From NCBI GenBank assembly GCA_038065555.1, contig JBBTQS010000001.1, positions 192,741 through 256,740 of the forward strand: a stretch of DNA of 64,000 nucleotides. Direction: 5' to 3'. The notes beneath the pieces were generated by a model, which was not told where the DNA came from, did not search any database, and saw nothing but the letters and a program-made list of their open reading frames with translations. Below, piece after piece: positions 39,060 to 50,958 of the stretch; position 1 is the stretch's first letter; the number at the start of each line of letters is the position of its first letter. This stretch comes from Patescibacteria group bacterium. GTDB taxonomy: Bacteria > Patescibacteriota > Patescibacteriia > Magasanikbacterales > JBBTQS01. Position numbers and translations under genes: made by a program.

Positions 39060-41568
39060 TGTCTTGTATTTCCTGATTAGGATTCTGTTGCTCCTCTTGG
39101 ATTGAGATCTTGAAATTATGTCTGTCTGGGAGCTCAATTCCTGCAGCAGATGGAAGGTTAGACAGGTAAGTAGCGAAGAAAATGTCCCGTGCGGAAGCCA
39201 TCAATCTCAAACCACCCAACCTTTCAAGTACCCTTACGATTGGGCTTGTATGGGTTGGCTGTCTACGACCATTTACAGTGTCGTAGCTCCTGTCATCAGG
39301 GAATACTGGTATACCTTGCTCGCGTAGTTCGTGTTCAAAGTTGATTTGCCAATTAGTTCGCAGTGTCGCTTGAGGCATTATGGTTAGCAGGCTATCTCGG
39401 TAAGCACTTACCCCCGCAATAAATTCTATGACTTTCTTGGCGTCAACAGCACCAAAATACTTGTTCCATAAATCTTCAAAAACACTCCAAATCTCTGGCT
39501 TCTGATAGAGCTCTGCATATAGCTTTGCGTATCCGCTGATTTCAAAAAGATTTTCAAGGGGTTCGCTTGCAAACACTATTTTGCTATCAAGCTGACTCCA
39601 ATCTTTTACTTTTTCACGTAGTCTTTCGTAAGCGGTAAGAGATGCATCAAATACGGCTGGCAAGATTTTCTTGAGTCTTTCAGGGTCTTTTTCTTCGCAA
39701 GCCTCATAGCAGGCTTCAACTCCTTCGGAAAGAGCCTGTCCGAAATAGTCTGGCAAACCATCACCTGTTGCAAGAGATTTGAGTTGAGGGAGCAATTGAA
39801 TCATCCTGTCGGTCACTTCCTTTTCGCGGTCTAGAGCTGTTTGCTTCTCCTTCTCAAAATCAAAGTCTGTCCAAGGCAAGTCTCCCAACAAGCGACGAGA
39901 GTTGGTGCATTCAACGTGTTTATTCATCTCAAAAACAAGTCTGCGGCACTTGGCAGAAAACTCCTTCCATTTCTGGATAAGGTGAACAGCCAAAGGCAAT
40001 TGTTGTGAGGCAAGTAAGGCATCAAGGGCTGACTGAAAATGTTCGGTATGCAACGACTTAATAAAATTGAAATAGCTATGCAATGAGAAGACATATTGCT
40101 GGAAGCAAAACGTATCTATATACCAATCTTCGGTTACGAGTTCTCCTTCAATGATTTTTTCATTCTCCAAGTCATTTTGAAGAGACTCCAAACGTGGGAG
40201 CATTGCTCCTGGCAACCCCGTGAGATAAATATGTTTTTTACCTGACAGCCACTTTATATCCGCTATGCGTTTTGCTATCGTTTCGCAAGAGTTTGCAGCA
40301 AGGTATTTTGTTAAACCTAGCAATGCTGCGATAGCGAGTCTGCTGTGCGCGTCCACAAAAGCAAGTTGTTCTTTGATTACCGGTTGCTGAACATTCGTTG
40401 CTTGTATTGCAAATAAGGAGTCCCTGATAGATTTTGTTTTTTTGAAAAGAAGCTCTGCACTTTTAACATCAAGATCTTGCGCGTACACATCTGCAATCTC
40501 AACGAATATATCTAAGGCGCGTGCACTGGAAATAATCCTTGTGCCTTCAGAAAAAGATTTAAATACCTCTCCCGCAATGCCCAAGACTTCATCCTCGTAC
40601 CAGGTGTAATTCTTTACATTTTTTGGCTGCAATGTTGTTCCAGTACTTAGCGCGATTGCAATTTCTGAAGAATTGGCAAGACCCCAATCTTGATACTCGT
40701 TTTTAGTTTCAAACCAGTAACTGTTTGTTGGGGTTTTGCTTTTAAAGCCTGCGTACGAGACAAGAATTCCACAGATATAGCCTATCGTTGTAACCAGTTG
40801 GTCGTCAGAGATTTTCATCTCGTCCTTCCCAAATCGCAGGAGGTTTTTGATTAAAGAAAATTTTGATGCGACCAGCCCTCTGTGATGATTTTGTATGGCT
40901 GGATTAGCCCACTGAAACCCTGGAGGTGCGATGCTTTTCATTGAAAAAAGGATGTCTCGCGTAATCCACGTTAGAGCGGACTGCGGCTCCAAGGAGTAAA
41001 AAACGTTCGTCCCTACCTGCCAAAATCTGATGACGATGTACGCAACCAATAGCGAGAGGAAGGCTAGACCTGCTGGATGAATTGTTTGGTCAAAGGATTT
41101 AAAAACGATGTAAAAGACACTCACTATACCTGTAATAGCTATTGTTCTTACGTACTGTCGTCCGCGTGGCTCTTTCAAGAAAAACTGCTTCACATTTTGA
41201 GGTGCACGCAAGAGATAACTGCTAGCAATACCAGATATTGCAGTGAAATACAGACCGAGGAAAACACCAGAGATACTGGCAACAACAGAAAGAAAAGTAT
41301 CAACAGCTTCTTTCTGATAGCGGAGATTTAAAGGGTAGTAAGCACTAAGCAGCTCTAAAATGAAAATTATAAATACGGAGTATGTTACTGCCCCGACAAA
41401 TGATTTTAGCGTCGGAAAGAGAATGTCTTTATCGATTTTGAATTGGTTTTTTGTGTAGCTACCACGATACATGCCTTTCCAAAAATAAAAGACTGGCTTA
41501 TCAGTAAGCCACTTTTTTGTAAGCCAGAAACCTTTCTTTCTGTATAGTTTGTTTCTAAAAGAAGTCAT
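39052..41568 (-). CDS. large hypothetical protein with N-terminal TM helices (island)
   Basis: About 4 TM segments in first 190 aa, then long helical soluble region. Confidence 0.85.
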   Translation of the reverse strand: MTSFRNKLYRKKGFWLTKKWLTDKPVFYFWKGMYRGSYTKNQFKIDKDILFPTLKSFVGAVTYSVFIIFILELLSAYYPLNLRYQKEAVDTFLSVVASISGVFLGLYFTAISGIASSYLLRAPQNVKQFFLKEPRGRQYVRTIAITGIVSVFYIVFKSFDQTIHPAGLAFLSLLVAYIVIRFWQVGTNVFYSLEPQSALTWITRDILFSMKSIAPPGFQWANPAIQNHHRGLVASKFSLIKNLLRFGKDEMKISDDQLVTTIGYICGILVSYAGFKSKTPTNSYWFETKNEYQDWGLANSSEIAIALSTGTTLQPKNVKNYTWYEDEVLGIAGEVFKSFSEGTRIISSARALDIFVEIADVYAQDLDVKSAELLFKKTKSIRDSLFAIQATNVQQPVIKEQLAFVDAHSRLAIAALLGLTKYLAANSCETIAKRIADIKWLSGKKHIYLTGLPGAMLPRLESLQNDLENEKIIEGELVTEDWYIDTFCFQQYVFSLHSYFNFIKSLHTEHFQSALDALLASQQLPLAVHLIQKWKEFSAKCRRLVFEMNKHVECTNSRRLLGDLPWTDFDFEKEKQTALDREKEVTDRMIQLLPQLKSLATGDGLPDYFGQALSEGVEACYEACEEKDPERLKKILPAVFDASLTAYERLREKVKDWSQLDSKIVFASEPLENLFEISGYAKLYAELYQKPEIWSVFEDLWNKYFGAVDAKKVIEFIAGVSAYRDSLLTIMPQATLRTNWQINFEHELREQGIPVFPDDRSYDTVNGRRQPTHTSPIVRVLERLGGLRLMASARDIFFATYLSNLPSAAGIELPDRHNFKISIQEEQQNPNQEIQDNE

Positions 41569-41674
41569 TGCTTATTTTGGTATTTCTTCAAAAAGGCATG
41601 GTTTCGTCCAAACCTCTGAAAAAGGCTCTCCTAAAAGACAAAAAGGCACCTTCGTGCCTTCTCGTCCTACTGGG

Positions 41675-41746
41675 CTCCGAGGGCGGGGCTCGAACCCGCG
41701 ACCAATTGGTTAACAGCCAACTGCTCTACCACTGAGCTACCTCGGA
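41675..41746 (-). tRNA. tRNA-Asn(GTT)
   Basis: TCCGAGG acceptor stem, CTGTTAA anticodon loop, GGTTCGAG T-loop; CCA not encoded. Confidence 0.96.
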
Positions 41747-41794
41747 ATTCTGGGATCCGGCACTAGTGTACCGAATCCCGTGTGCTATTGTCAA

Positions 41795-43105
41795 TTACTC
41801 TTTTACTTCCATTTCCGAACCAGCTCCTGCCAACAATCCCATGAATACCGGGATCATTTCATAGACGCTCTTCGATGGGGTTGGGCGCTCGATGCGCAAC
41901 CCAGAGTTGAGCTTCGAGAATGTCATCTCCATGGGCTTGGTACCACGCAAATCCTTGCCGCTTGCGCTGGTCACTGCCTGCAACGTAATACGCTCCATTG
42001 CGCCAGTCTTTGCGTTGAGTGTGACGAAGATATCACCCTTCTCCTTAGTCTGCGCCGCTGGCACATCCTCTGGCTCCGTACCTGCGCTGAGAATTTGCTC
42101 AACGATCTTGCTACCATCTTCGCCCGCCTCAGTTACCAATTCCTTGCGATACGACTCGAGCTGCGTGGTACCCTCGGTATCCCCCGCTTTTTTGGTTTTC
42201 GCAAGCGCAGCGTCAATATCGCGCAAATACTGCTGCACAAATGTCTTCACCATGTCTGCAACGAATGCATCGCCTTGCGCATCAGTCACTTCACCCTTTT
42301 CCTCCATGCGATACTTGCCTTCGCTCACGAGCGAAAATGCAATGAGATCGTGGCGGCGCATCACGTCACCAAACAACGATGCATACGTTGCGCGATCAGA
42401 AACAATGAATCGTGTTGGCTGTTCCTGAATCAGCTTCAAAAATTCTGGATTATCTTGCGCCGCTGCGCCAAGTCCTGCGCCAAAGTCATTCAACATCTGG
42501 CGAACATTGATGTTGATCCAGACTCCCTTGACTGCTGTCAGATCAATGGGCATCTCCGGCATCTCAAATTTCGCAAGCTGCAAATACAACTCGTCACTAT
42601 TGAACGCCCGCATCATCATCGCTACCTTGAGTGTGTCCGAAGTAAGATCAAAATCAAACCGACCCTGCGTAGAAGTAGCACCAGTCTGCGCCCATGCGCC
42701 TGACATCGTAATCACCATGTTCTTGTACTGGTCAGCATAAGACTCCTCGGGTGGAACCACGATAACTTTGCCATTTTCTATGATTGTCAGTGACTCAACA
42801 GGAGCATCATCCACAGCACCAAAACTGTCCAGAGGGAACAGCAACGAGAATTCTCCGTCCTTTGCTGCAATAACCTTACTGATTCCCTGAATCACTGCCT
42901 CGCGAGGATCAGCACTAACCGCTACCGACTCCTCAGTAGCGCGACTGTTCCACCAGAATGCGAATCCAATGGCAATACCTGCGACAAGCACAAGTGATAC
43001 CAATGGCCAGAGCATCTTCTGCGCCATCGACCGCTCACCTACTGGTGGCATCATTGGTTGTGTCGGCTGCTGTGGAGCCGGCGTCTGTGGCATGGAGTTT
43101 TCCAT
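41795..43105 (-). CDS. hypothetical membrane-anchored surface protein
   Basis: Pro/Gln-rich N-terminus, single TM helix, large extracellular region. Confidence 0.8.
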   Translation of the reverse strand: MENSMPQTPAPQQPTQPMMPPVGERSMAQKMLWPLVSLVLVAGIAIGFAFWWNSRATEESVAVSADPREAVIQGISKVIAAKDGEFSLLFPLDSFGAVDDAPVESLTIIENGKVIVVPPEESYADQYKNMVITMSGAWAQTGATSTQGRFDFDLTSDTLKVAMMMRAFNSDELYLQLAKFEMPEMPIDLTAVKGVWININVRQMLNDFGAGLGAAAQDNPEFLKLIQEQPTRFIVSDRATYASLFGDVMRRHDLIAFSLVSEGKYRMEEKGEVTDAQGDAFVADMVKTFVQQYLRDIDAALAKTKKAGDTEGTTQLESYRKELVTEAGEDGSKIVEQILSAGTEPEDVPAAQTKEKGDIFVTLNAKTGAMERITLQAVTSASGKDLRGTKPMEMTFSKLNSGLRIERPTPSKSVYEMIPVFMGLLAGAGSEMEVKE

Positions 43106-43119
43106 AATAAAGGTACGAT

Positions 43120-44576
<1,457 letters not shown>

Positions 44577-44580
<4 letters not shown>

Positions 44581-46343
44581 AGGCTATTAACCTGGTGAAA
44601 TTCCTGACTCAATGTTGCTACCGCGTCGGCATCTGCGCGCTCCTGTGCCATCTGAATCTCGCGCCCAAGCCGTTCGCGCTCCATGTTCTGCCATTCTCTG
44701 TGCAATCGCTCCACAGCTGCGTCATACTCCTCAGCGAGCTCCCGTGCCGAAAAAGCAAACAACTTCTCCTCGGAGAGAAGCTGCAGAACATCTAGTCGGT
44801 GAGCAAACGCGCTGTCATGTCGATCGTGAGTATACCCGCCGGCAATCGCCTTGTAAAGCGCGCGGTCTTCCTCACCACAAAACCACATTCCATTGAGTGG
44901 AACACGCGCATGCAACGCCGGTGTATGCACCAACAAACACAGCACATATTCAGAAATAAGTGCATATCGATTGCGCGGCGCCGCTGGCGGGGCCATGACC
45001 GCCGGTGAGGCTGATTGTGGAGCGCGAGACGCGGGCGCAGGAGCTGTGCGCAGCTGCTTGACCTTGTTGGCGATCGCATCGCCACTCACTCCAAGTGCTG
45101 TGGCAATACGCTGGGACCAGAAATCGTACACGATCGGATCACGCACGCGCGCCAACTCCCGCGCGAGGAGTTCGCCTGCATCACGCAATTTCGTCGGGTC
45201 CTTGCGCACCTCATCCGTAACATACCGATCAATATAGTATGCGAAGACGGGTTGTGAATCTGCGACTGCTTGTTCCCACACCGCAGGATCTTGCTTGATG
45301 CACTCATCGGGATCCTTGCCAGCGCCCTCAGGAATGCGAATCACACGCACATCGAGTCCTGCTTCGATCGCCGTATCAATACCACGCTTGGCAGCGCGCT
45401 CCCCTGCTGCATCTGCATCAAATGCCATGCGCACTTGCGGCGCAAATCGCTTGAGCAGTGCAACGTGCGCTGCCGTGAGCGCAGTACCTGACGCTGCAAC
45501 CACGTTGCGCATTCCTGACTGGTGACAACTAATCACATCCATCTGCCCCTCGACCACCACGAAGAACCCCGCGTCCTTTGCTGCTTGCTTTGCGAGATTG
45601 AGTCCATACACGAGGTGCCCCTTATCAAAGAGCACGGTCTCAGGAGTATTGAGATATTTGCCTACGCCTTCTTGCTCTTGCAGCAGTCTCCCAGTGAATC
45701 CAACAATACCCCCTTGCATATCCCAGATTGGGAACATCACGCGCCCACGAAAGACATCATAGTATCGACCAGAGTCCGGATGCTTCTTGGTCACACCTGC
45801 TGCAACACATTCCTCCAGTGTATAGTCGCGCTTCTTGGTCAAGAAATCCGTCAGCGTTGTCCACACCGACCCTTCCGGGATATATCCCAAATGAAAATGC
45901 GTTGCAGTCTCAGGCGTCACACCGCGCCGCTCAATATATTCGCGAGCGACAGCTGCAGCCTTCGACTCATGCAATACTTTTTCAAAAAAATGTTGCGACA
46001 ACGTGAGGATCTCACGCAACCGCGAGCGTTCATCCTTGTCCGCGCCGCGCGCCTGCAATGTCTGCCGCGTGAGTGTCACGCCTGCGCGCTCTGCGAGCAC
46101 GCGCAACGCCTCACCGAAGCTCATGCTCTCCGCCTCCTGCAAAAATGAAAAAATATCGCCCCCCTTACCGCACCCAAAACAGTGCCACATCTGCTTCTCG
46201 CGATGCGCCATGAATGACGGCGACTTCTCGCGATGGAACGGGCATACGCCCTTCCAATTGGCGCCTGCGGGTTTGAGCGGAACGTACTCACTAATCAAGG
46301 TGACCACATCCACGCGGTCTTTGATGAGCTGTACATCGTCCAT
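44577..46343 (-). CDS. dnaG: DNA primase
   Basis: [34 protein letters not shown]. Confidence 0.97.
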
Positions 46344-46359
46344 ATGCACCCACCCTACT

Positions 46360-47103
46360 CTACCGAGGCGCGTGGCGCAAGAACACCTCAGTTCCCGAAA
46401 TCACCGCAGCTGGAATAAAGCACAGATTCAAACCAGGAATCAACAAAAACACCATCAACCCAAGCCCATAGACTGCACAAGGCAGAGCGTTGCGACGAAT
46501 GAAATCAATCTTCTGCCGAAACGAGAAATCGTGTCGAGCCATCGAATAATCCAGGAACTCAAACACAAGGAAAAAGAGTGACACAACGCCATTGAGCACC
46601 AAAAACACCAACCCACCGCTCCACCAGGAGCCGAGGAAAAGCAACAAACTCACGAATCCAAAGAGCGCTAATCGCACAATCTCCGTGCGAATTGCATACG
46701 CATACACGCGCAACAACAACCGCACTCGCCCACCGCGAATACGACGATTGCGACGCTCCTCTGATGTCAGTGTTGGACCAGTCGTTGGGCGCAAGAACTC
46801 CTCAGTCTGCTCCGACAACAGCTCATTGAATGGTCCAGAAACAATAACCAGCAACACAATAAACAAATATGCTAGCGTCACAACTAACATGATCGTGAGA
46901 ATCGTCGCTGCAACAATTGCCCACACACCAGACAATTTCACCACATCGTGCACCAACTGCATGATCTCTCCAATACCAAATCGCAAGGAGAACCCAATCA
47001 GCACGAGGCTCAACACCCACGGAATAATAGCCACGCGCCGCAGTCCCCGCTCACGAACCAGCGGCGACAGCGCACGAAATGGGGCGGTGAAATACCACAA
47101 CAT
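46360..47103 (-). CDS. EI24/CysZ-like membrane protein
   Basis: GPFNELLSEQTE, EFLDYSMAR, IPGLNL. Confidence 0.8.
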   Translation of the reverse strand: MLWYFTAPFRALSPLVRERGLRRVAIIPWVLSLVLIGFSLRFGIGEIMQLVHDVVKLSGVWAIVAATILTIMLVVTLAYLFIVLLVIVSGPFNELLSEQTEEFLRPTTGPTLTSEERRNRRIRGGRVRLLLRVYAYAIRTEIVRLALFGFVSLLLFLGSWWSGGLVFLVLNGVVSLFFLVFEFLDYSMARHDFSFRQKIDFIRRNALPCAVYGLGLMVFLLIPGLNLCFIPAAVISGTEVFLRHAPR

Positions 47104-47111
47104 ACCGCTAT

Positions 47112-47504
47112 CTACAACCCAATTTTGTCACGAAGTGTACGTGCAGGCTGCGTGTGCGTCGATGGGGCTTCTGCGGTCGTAGAAATATGCAACGATGCCT
47201 TTGTCGGCGTAACAACTTCCGCAAGGATACGATCTCGCTCTGCGTCAAGAAGTGGTCCAACGTATTCGCCACTGTGTGCCGCACTTCCCTCGTACGAGAC
47301 ATGCTTCTGATCAATATGCATATCAATGGACAACTGCCCATCATTCGTCTCTACATACGCATGGAACCGAGGATAGAATCCTGTGCCCAGACGTCGGATA
47401 TAGCTGACCTTCCCAGTGTTCGGGTCAACGAACTCGTGATACCCGACGCGCGTGAGGAGCTGCTTACTCGTGAACCGAACTTCTGCTGGAATGGTGAACT
47501 GCAT
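47112..47504 (-). CDS. hypothetical protein
   Basis: SYIRRLGTGFYPRFHAY...HIDQK...HSGEY; operon-packed. Confidence 0.75.
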   Translation of the reverse strand: MQFTIPAEVRFTSKQLLTRVGYHEFVDPNTGKVSYIRRLGTGFYPRFHAYVETNDGQLSIDMHIDQKHVSYEGSAAHSGEYVGPLLDAERDRILAEVVTPTKASLHISTTAEAPSTHTQPARTLRDKIGL

Positions 47505-47952
47505 AGAGCGTAGCGATACCGATGCCAAGCATCGAGAATTGAATAAATGCGGATAACATACAATAGGTGCACACAGCCTGAATCACCACGAGCATCAAAT
47601 ACACCAGATATACTGAGGCAGCAGCACCCAAGAACGTCGAACAGGCCATGAGTATAGTCCAAATCCTATTCTCCCATTCACGCGCCACGAACCAGCCGAT
47701 GATGAGCACGAGATACCAACACGCACCAATGAGTGCGATAGGAATCCCCGCGATCTCTGCGTACGCACTGCGTGTAACCACATCACACCCCTGTCCAATT
47801 CCACACGGAACCACGGTGCCCGAAATATACTTGGCCGCAAGATAGGACGCATCGGCCAATCCAACAGCAGCAAGGGCGACAGCGATGGTGCTGAGCTGCC
47901 TAGTTCGACTGCTGCGCAAGGAGACTGTCGATGGTTGCTCGGAGTGTTGCAT
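47464..47952 (-). CDS. vitamin K epoxide reductase (VKOR) family protein
   Basis: C..GCDVVTRSAY loop and CTYC active site. Confidence 0.9.
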   Translation of the reverse strand: MQHSEQPSTVSLRSSRTRQLSTIAVALAAVGLADASYLAAKYISGTVVPCGIGQGCDVVTRSAYAEIAGIPIALIGACWYLVLIIGWFVAREWENRIWTILMACSTFLGAAASVYLVYLMLVVIQAVCTYCMLSAFIQFSMLGIGIATLYAVHHSSRSSVHE

Positions 47953-48565
47953 AGTTGCTAGACAATTGTGCTACTTCACCATTGATGAAGAATGTCGGTG
48001 TACCTGTCACTCCTGCGCGTCTGCTCAGAGACATGTCACGCGTCACGCGCGAAGTGATTTCGTTAGACAACACATCTCTGCGAAACTGCTCTTCATTGAT
48101 CCCCAACTCACGAGCGAATGATGCGAATCGATTTGTCGCTTCACTCCCAGAGAGTTGCGTCCAACTTCCTTGTGTGGTGAAGAGTTTGTCCTGCATCTCC
48201 CAGAACTTGCCCTGCGTGTGTGCTGCCTCAGAAGCACGCGCGGCGAGATCTGCCAACGGATGCATATCATAGAGCGGATGATGGCGATACACGAATCGAA
48301 CCTTGTCCGCGTGCGTCGCCTGCAACTGCTTGATCGCCGGATGATACGAAGCACATGCAGGACACTGGAAATCACTATACTCAACGATCGTGATCTTCGC
48401 GTCTGCTGGTCCCCATGTATGATCCACAGACTCGACCGAGCTTGTGTCACGCTTGCCTGTCTCGCCAGCAGAATTACGACTGCCCAACCACACCATGAGC
48501 CCAATAACGACCACAACTCCAGCAAGTAACCACGCACCATGCACCAACGATGACGATTTTTGCAT
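47900..48565 (-). CDS. DsbA family thiol-disulfide oxidoreductase
   Basis: EYSDFQCPAC, GVTGTPTFFING, N-terminal TM helix. Confidence 0.93.
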   Translation of the reverse strand: MQKSSSLVHGAWLLAGVVVVIGLMVWLGSRNSAGETGKRDTSSVESVDHTWGPADAKITIVEYSDFQCPACASYHPAIKQLQATHADKVRFVYRHHPLYDMHPLADLAARASEAAHTQGKFWEMQDKLFTTQGSWTQLSGSEATNRFASFARELGINEEQFRRDVLSNEITSRVTRDMSLSRRAGVTGTPTFFINGEVAQLSSNYATLRATIDSLLAQQSN

Positions 48566-48609
48566 AACCGAAAAAAATACTACGCCTCTAGCGTAGCATT
48601 CTTTGCCTC

Positions 48610-48870
48610 TTATTGCCACCGCTTGAGCGGTGGAATGAACTCATTGGCTATTTCCTTTGCTTTCTCATCCGTGAACTGCATCACGCGGACTAGATGCGAC
48701 TCCATCTTCTCGATCATTGCCGCCTTGGTGAGCTCTGGCTCTATGAACGCGCCCTCTTTGTAGCAGCAACGACAATATTCGCGACTTTCGGACCCATCAG
48801 CATTGGATCCGAAGAACCCCGGATCCATGGGCATACTGCAACTCTGACAACGAACTGATTCTTGAGCCAT
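48610..48870 (-). CDS. zinc ribbon domain protein
   Basis: CQSCSMPM...EYCRCCY...IPPLKRW. Confidence 0.88.
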   Translation of the reverse strand: MAQESVRCQSCSMPMDPGFFGSNADGSESREYCRCCYKEGAFIEPELTKAAMIEKMESHLVRVMQFTDEKAKEIANEFIPPLKRWQ

Positions 48871-48872
48871 AC

Positions 48873-49370
48873 TTATAAGAAATACTTTTGCAAAAGCGCA
48901 CGCGTCTCAGGATGCACCAACTCCTGCTCATTCAGGAGCATAGCACGAATCTCCTCAACCGATCGGTACTCCACATATTGCACTTCGTGAGGATCACAGA
49001 CGAACAGTCCTTCGTATTGTGCTGTGTACACACCGAGCAATTTGTCATGTGACGTTCCAGGCTTCACAAACGGCGTCACACCGACAAACGTAAGTGGCAC
49101 CGTAACACCAATCTCTTCCTGCATTTCGCGCAGTGCTGCATCTTCGTACGATTCGCCTGCAGCTACGTGTCCTGCTGCTGTTGAGCACCAGTGGTCAGGG
49201 CAGTACGAGATCTCCTTCCCTCTTCGCGCCAACGCTATGCGCCCCTGCGCATCAAGGAGAAATACATGAGCAATGCGATGACGCAACTTTCGCGAATAGA
49301 TTTCCGATCGAGGGAACGTCCCCACAACTTCGTCGTGTTCATTGACGTGATCCATCATTTCTTCGCTCAT
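48873..49370 (-). CDS. NUDIX hydrolase (IDI-like)
   Basis: GHVAAGESYEDAALREMQEEIG. Confidence 0.88.
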   Translation of the reverse strand: MSEEMMDHVNEHDEVVGTFPRSEIYSRKLRHRIAHVFLLDAQGRIALARRGKEISYCPDHWCSTAAGHVAAGESYEDAALREMQEEIGVTVPLTFVGVTPFVKPGTSHDKLLGVYTAQYEGLFVCDPHEVQYVEYRSVEEIRAMLLNEQELVHPETRALLQKYFL

Positions 49371-50425
49371 ACTTCTTGTGTTGAGGATGCTTCGGTGTTC
49401 GCCAATTGCCCGCACGCTGCATCAATATCATCACCCATGGTTTTGCGAACAGTAACCTCAACACCAGCACCACGCAAAATACCAACGAACTGTTCGATGC
49501 GATCAGTGGTCGAACGTTCAAAAGAAATTTTGTCTACCGGATTCCACGGAATGAGATTCACTTTGCTCACGCCTGTGGTGCGAATGTACTGCGCCAACTC
49601 CTGTGCGAGCTCCGGTGTATCATTCACGCCTTCGAGCAACACATACTCGTATGTCACATGGTGCTTGCGCGTACCATGATGTTCTTGATAGCGATGCGAC
49701 CACGCAGAGAGCTTCTTGAGGAAGTCTGGCACCGTTGTCGGTACAATCTCCTCGCGTCGCTGCTGATTGGCGCTGTGCAACGAAATCGCGATGCGCACTG
49801 GTGGCCACTCAGGATCATCAATAAGTCGCTCGAGTTGCGCGAGCACTCCTACACTCGACACTGTGATATGAGTTGGGCCAATATCAGTCTCCCGCAACCA
49901 CAAATTGACTGTTTCCTTCACAGCATCGTAGTTGGCGAGTGGCTCACCCATTCCCATGAACACGACATTGCTGATGCGCTGCGGCAAATGCGGTTTGTTC
50001 GCGAGGAACTGTCTCCAGAATCGCATTTGATCAACGATCTCATCCGCTAATAGGCTTCGCTTGAGTCCCATCTTACCCGTCGCGCAAAATGTGCAACGCA
50101 TCGCACACCCAATCTGTGAAGAAACACAAATCGTCCACTGATCGCGCACATTCTCCATGAGCACTGTCTCAAACGGTCGATCATCGGCTCCCACGAGCAC
50201 TGCTTTGTACGTGTCGCCACGCTTGCTCTTATAAATATGTTGTGGTCGCACGCTCCACCATGGCATCTCACGCACCAACGTCTCACGCACATCCTTGGGA
50301 AGCGCAGTTACATCGGCCCACGACTTCATTCCAGCTGTGAACAATGCTTTTTCGCACTGCAAGAACCGGTACGCAGGTGCGTCCGGAAAAAGCCGATCCC
50401 ACGTGTGACGGCGTGACTCAGTCAT
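49367..50425 (-). CDS. rlmN: 23S rRNA A2503 methyltransferase, radical SAM (RlmN/Cfr family)
   Basis: CxxxCxxC (CAMRCTFC), MGMGEPL, DIDAACGQL. Confidence 0.88.
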   Translation of the reverse strand: MTESRRHTWDRLFPDAPAYRFLQCEKALFTAGMKSWADVTALPKDVRETLVREMPWWSVRPQHIYKSKRGDTYKAVLVGADDRPFETVLMENVRDQWTICVSSQIGCAMRCTFCATGKMGLKRSLLADEIVDQMRFWRQFLANKPHLPQRISNVVFMGMGEPLANYDAVKETVNLWLRETDIGPTHITVSSVGVLAQLERLIDDPEWPPVRIAISLHSANQQRREEIVPTTVPDFLKKLSAWSHRYQEHHGTRKHHVTYEYVLLEGVNDTPELAQELAQYIRTTGVSKVNLIPWNPVDKISFERSTTDRIEQFVGILRGAGVEVTVRKTMGDDIDAACGQLANTEASSTQEV

Positions 50426-50433
50426 ACTCCGTA

Positions 50434-50859
50434 TTACTCCCCGATCTTTACGAGCTCGAGATCAAAAATCAAATCCTTGCCTGCAAGATGATGGTTCGCA
50501 TCAATCGTAATCATGTCATCTGCGATTTCCTTCACCGTGACACGCAACACACCGCCTTCTGGGTGCGAGAGCTGGAACTGGTGACCGATCGCAACGTCTG
50601 CTGGGAATTGTGCCTTTGGCAATGTCGCAATCATATCTTCGCGTGCTGCACCATAGGCCTCTGCTGCTGGAATGCGCACTTCACGCTTTTCACCTACTTC
50701 CATGCTCACAATTGCATGTTCAAATCCTGGAATAACCTGGCCAGATCCGATCACAAAAAGCAATGGATCACGCTCACGCGATGAGTCAAAAATCGTACCG
50801 TCATCGAGTCGACCAGTATAGTGTACGTGTACCGAATCTCCTGCTGCTGGTTTTGCCAT
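50434..50859 (-). CDS. FKBP-type peptidyl-prolyl isomerase (SlyD/FkpB-like)
   Basis: VHYTGRL..GTIFDSS, DANHHLAGKDL. Confidence 0.93.
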   Translation of the reverse strand: MAKPAAGDSVHVHYTGRLDDGTIFDSSRERDPLLFVIGSGQVIPGFEHAIVSMEVGEKREVRIPAAEAYGAAREDMIATLPKAQFPADVAIGHQFQLSHPEGGVLRVTVKEIADDMITIDANHHLAGKDLIFDLELVKIGE

Positions 50860-50958
50860 AGTTCACAGATTATAAAGTAAGCTCCATGCTACCGCGCCGC
50901 GCGCATGCTGGCAAGTATTGCTCAGTGTTCTCCCAAATGCTACCATGCGTCGCATCCT

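Larger units (their letters stand above)
37831..41674. mobile_element. AT-rich genomic islet at 3' end of tRNA-Asn (no integrase retained)
   Basis: Abrupt shift to AT-rich composition; abuts tRNA 3' end; GCTCC at both borders. Confidence 0.6.

Noticed and set aside
49367-50425. Cfr antibiotic-resistance methyltransferase
   Set aside because: Housekeeping context with no mobile element; cannot be separated from RlmN without phylogeny, so it is called RlmN
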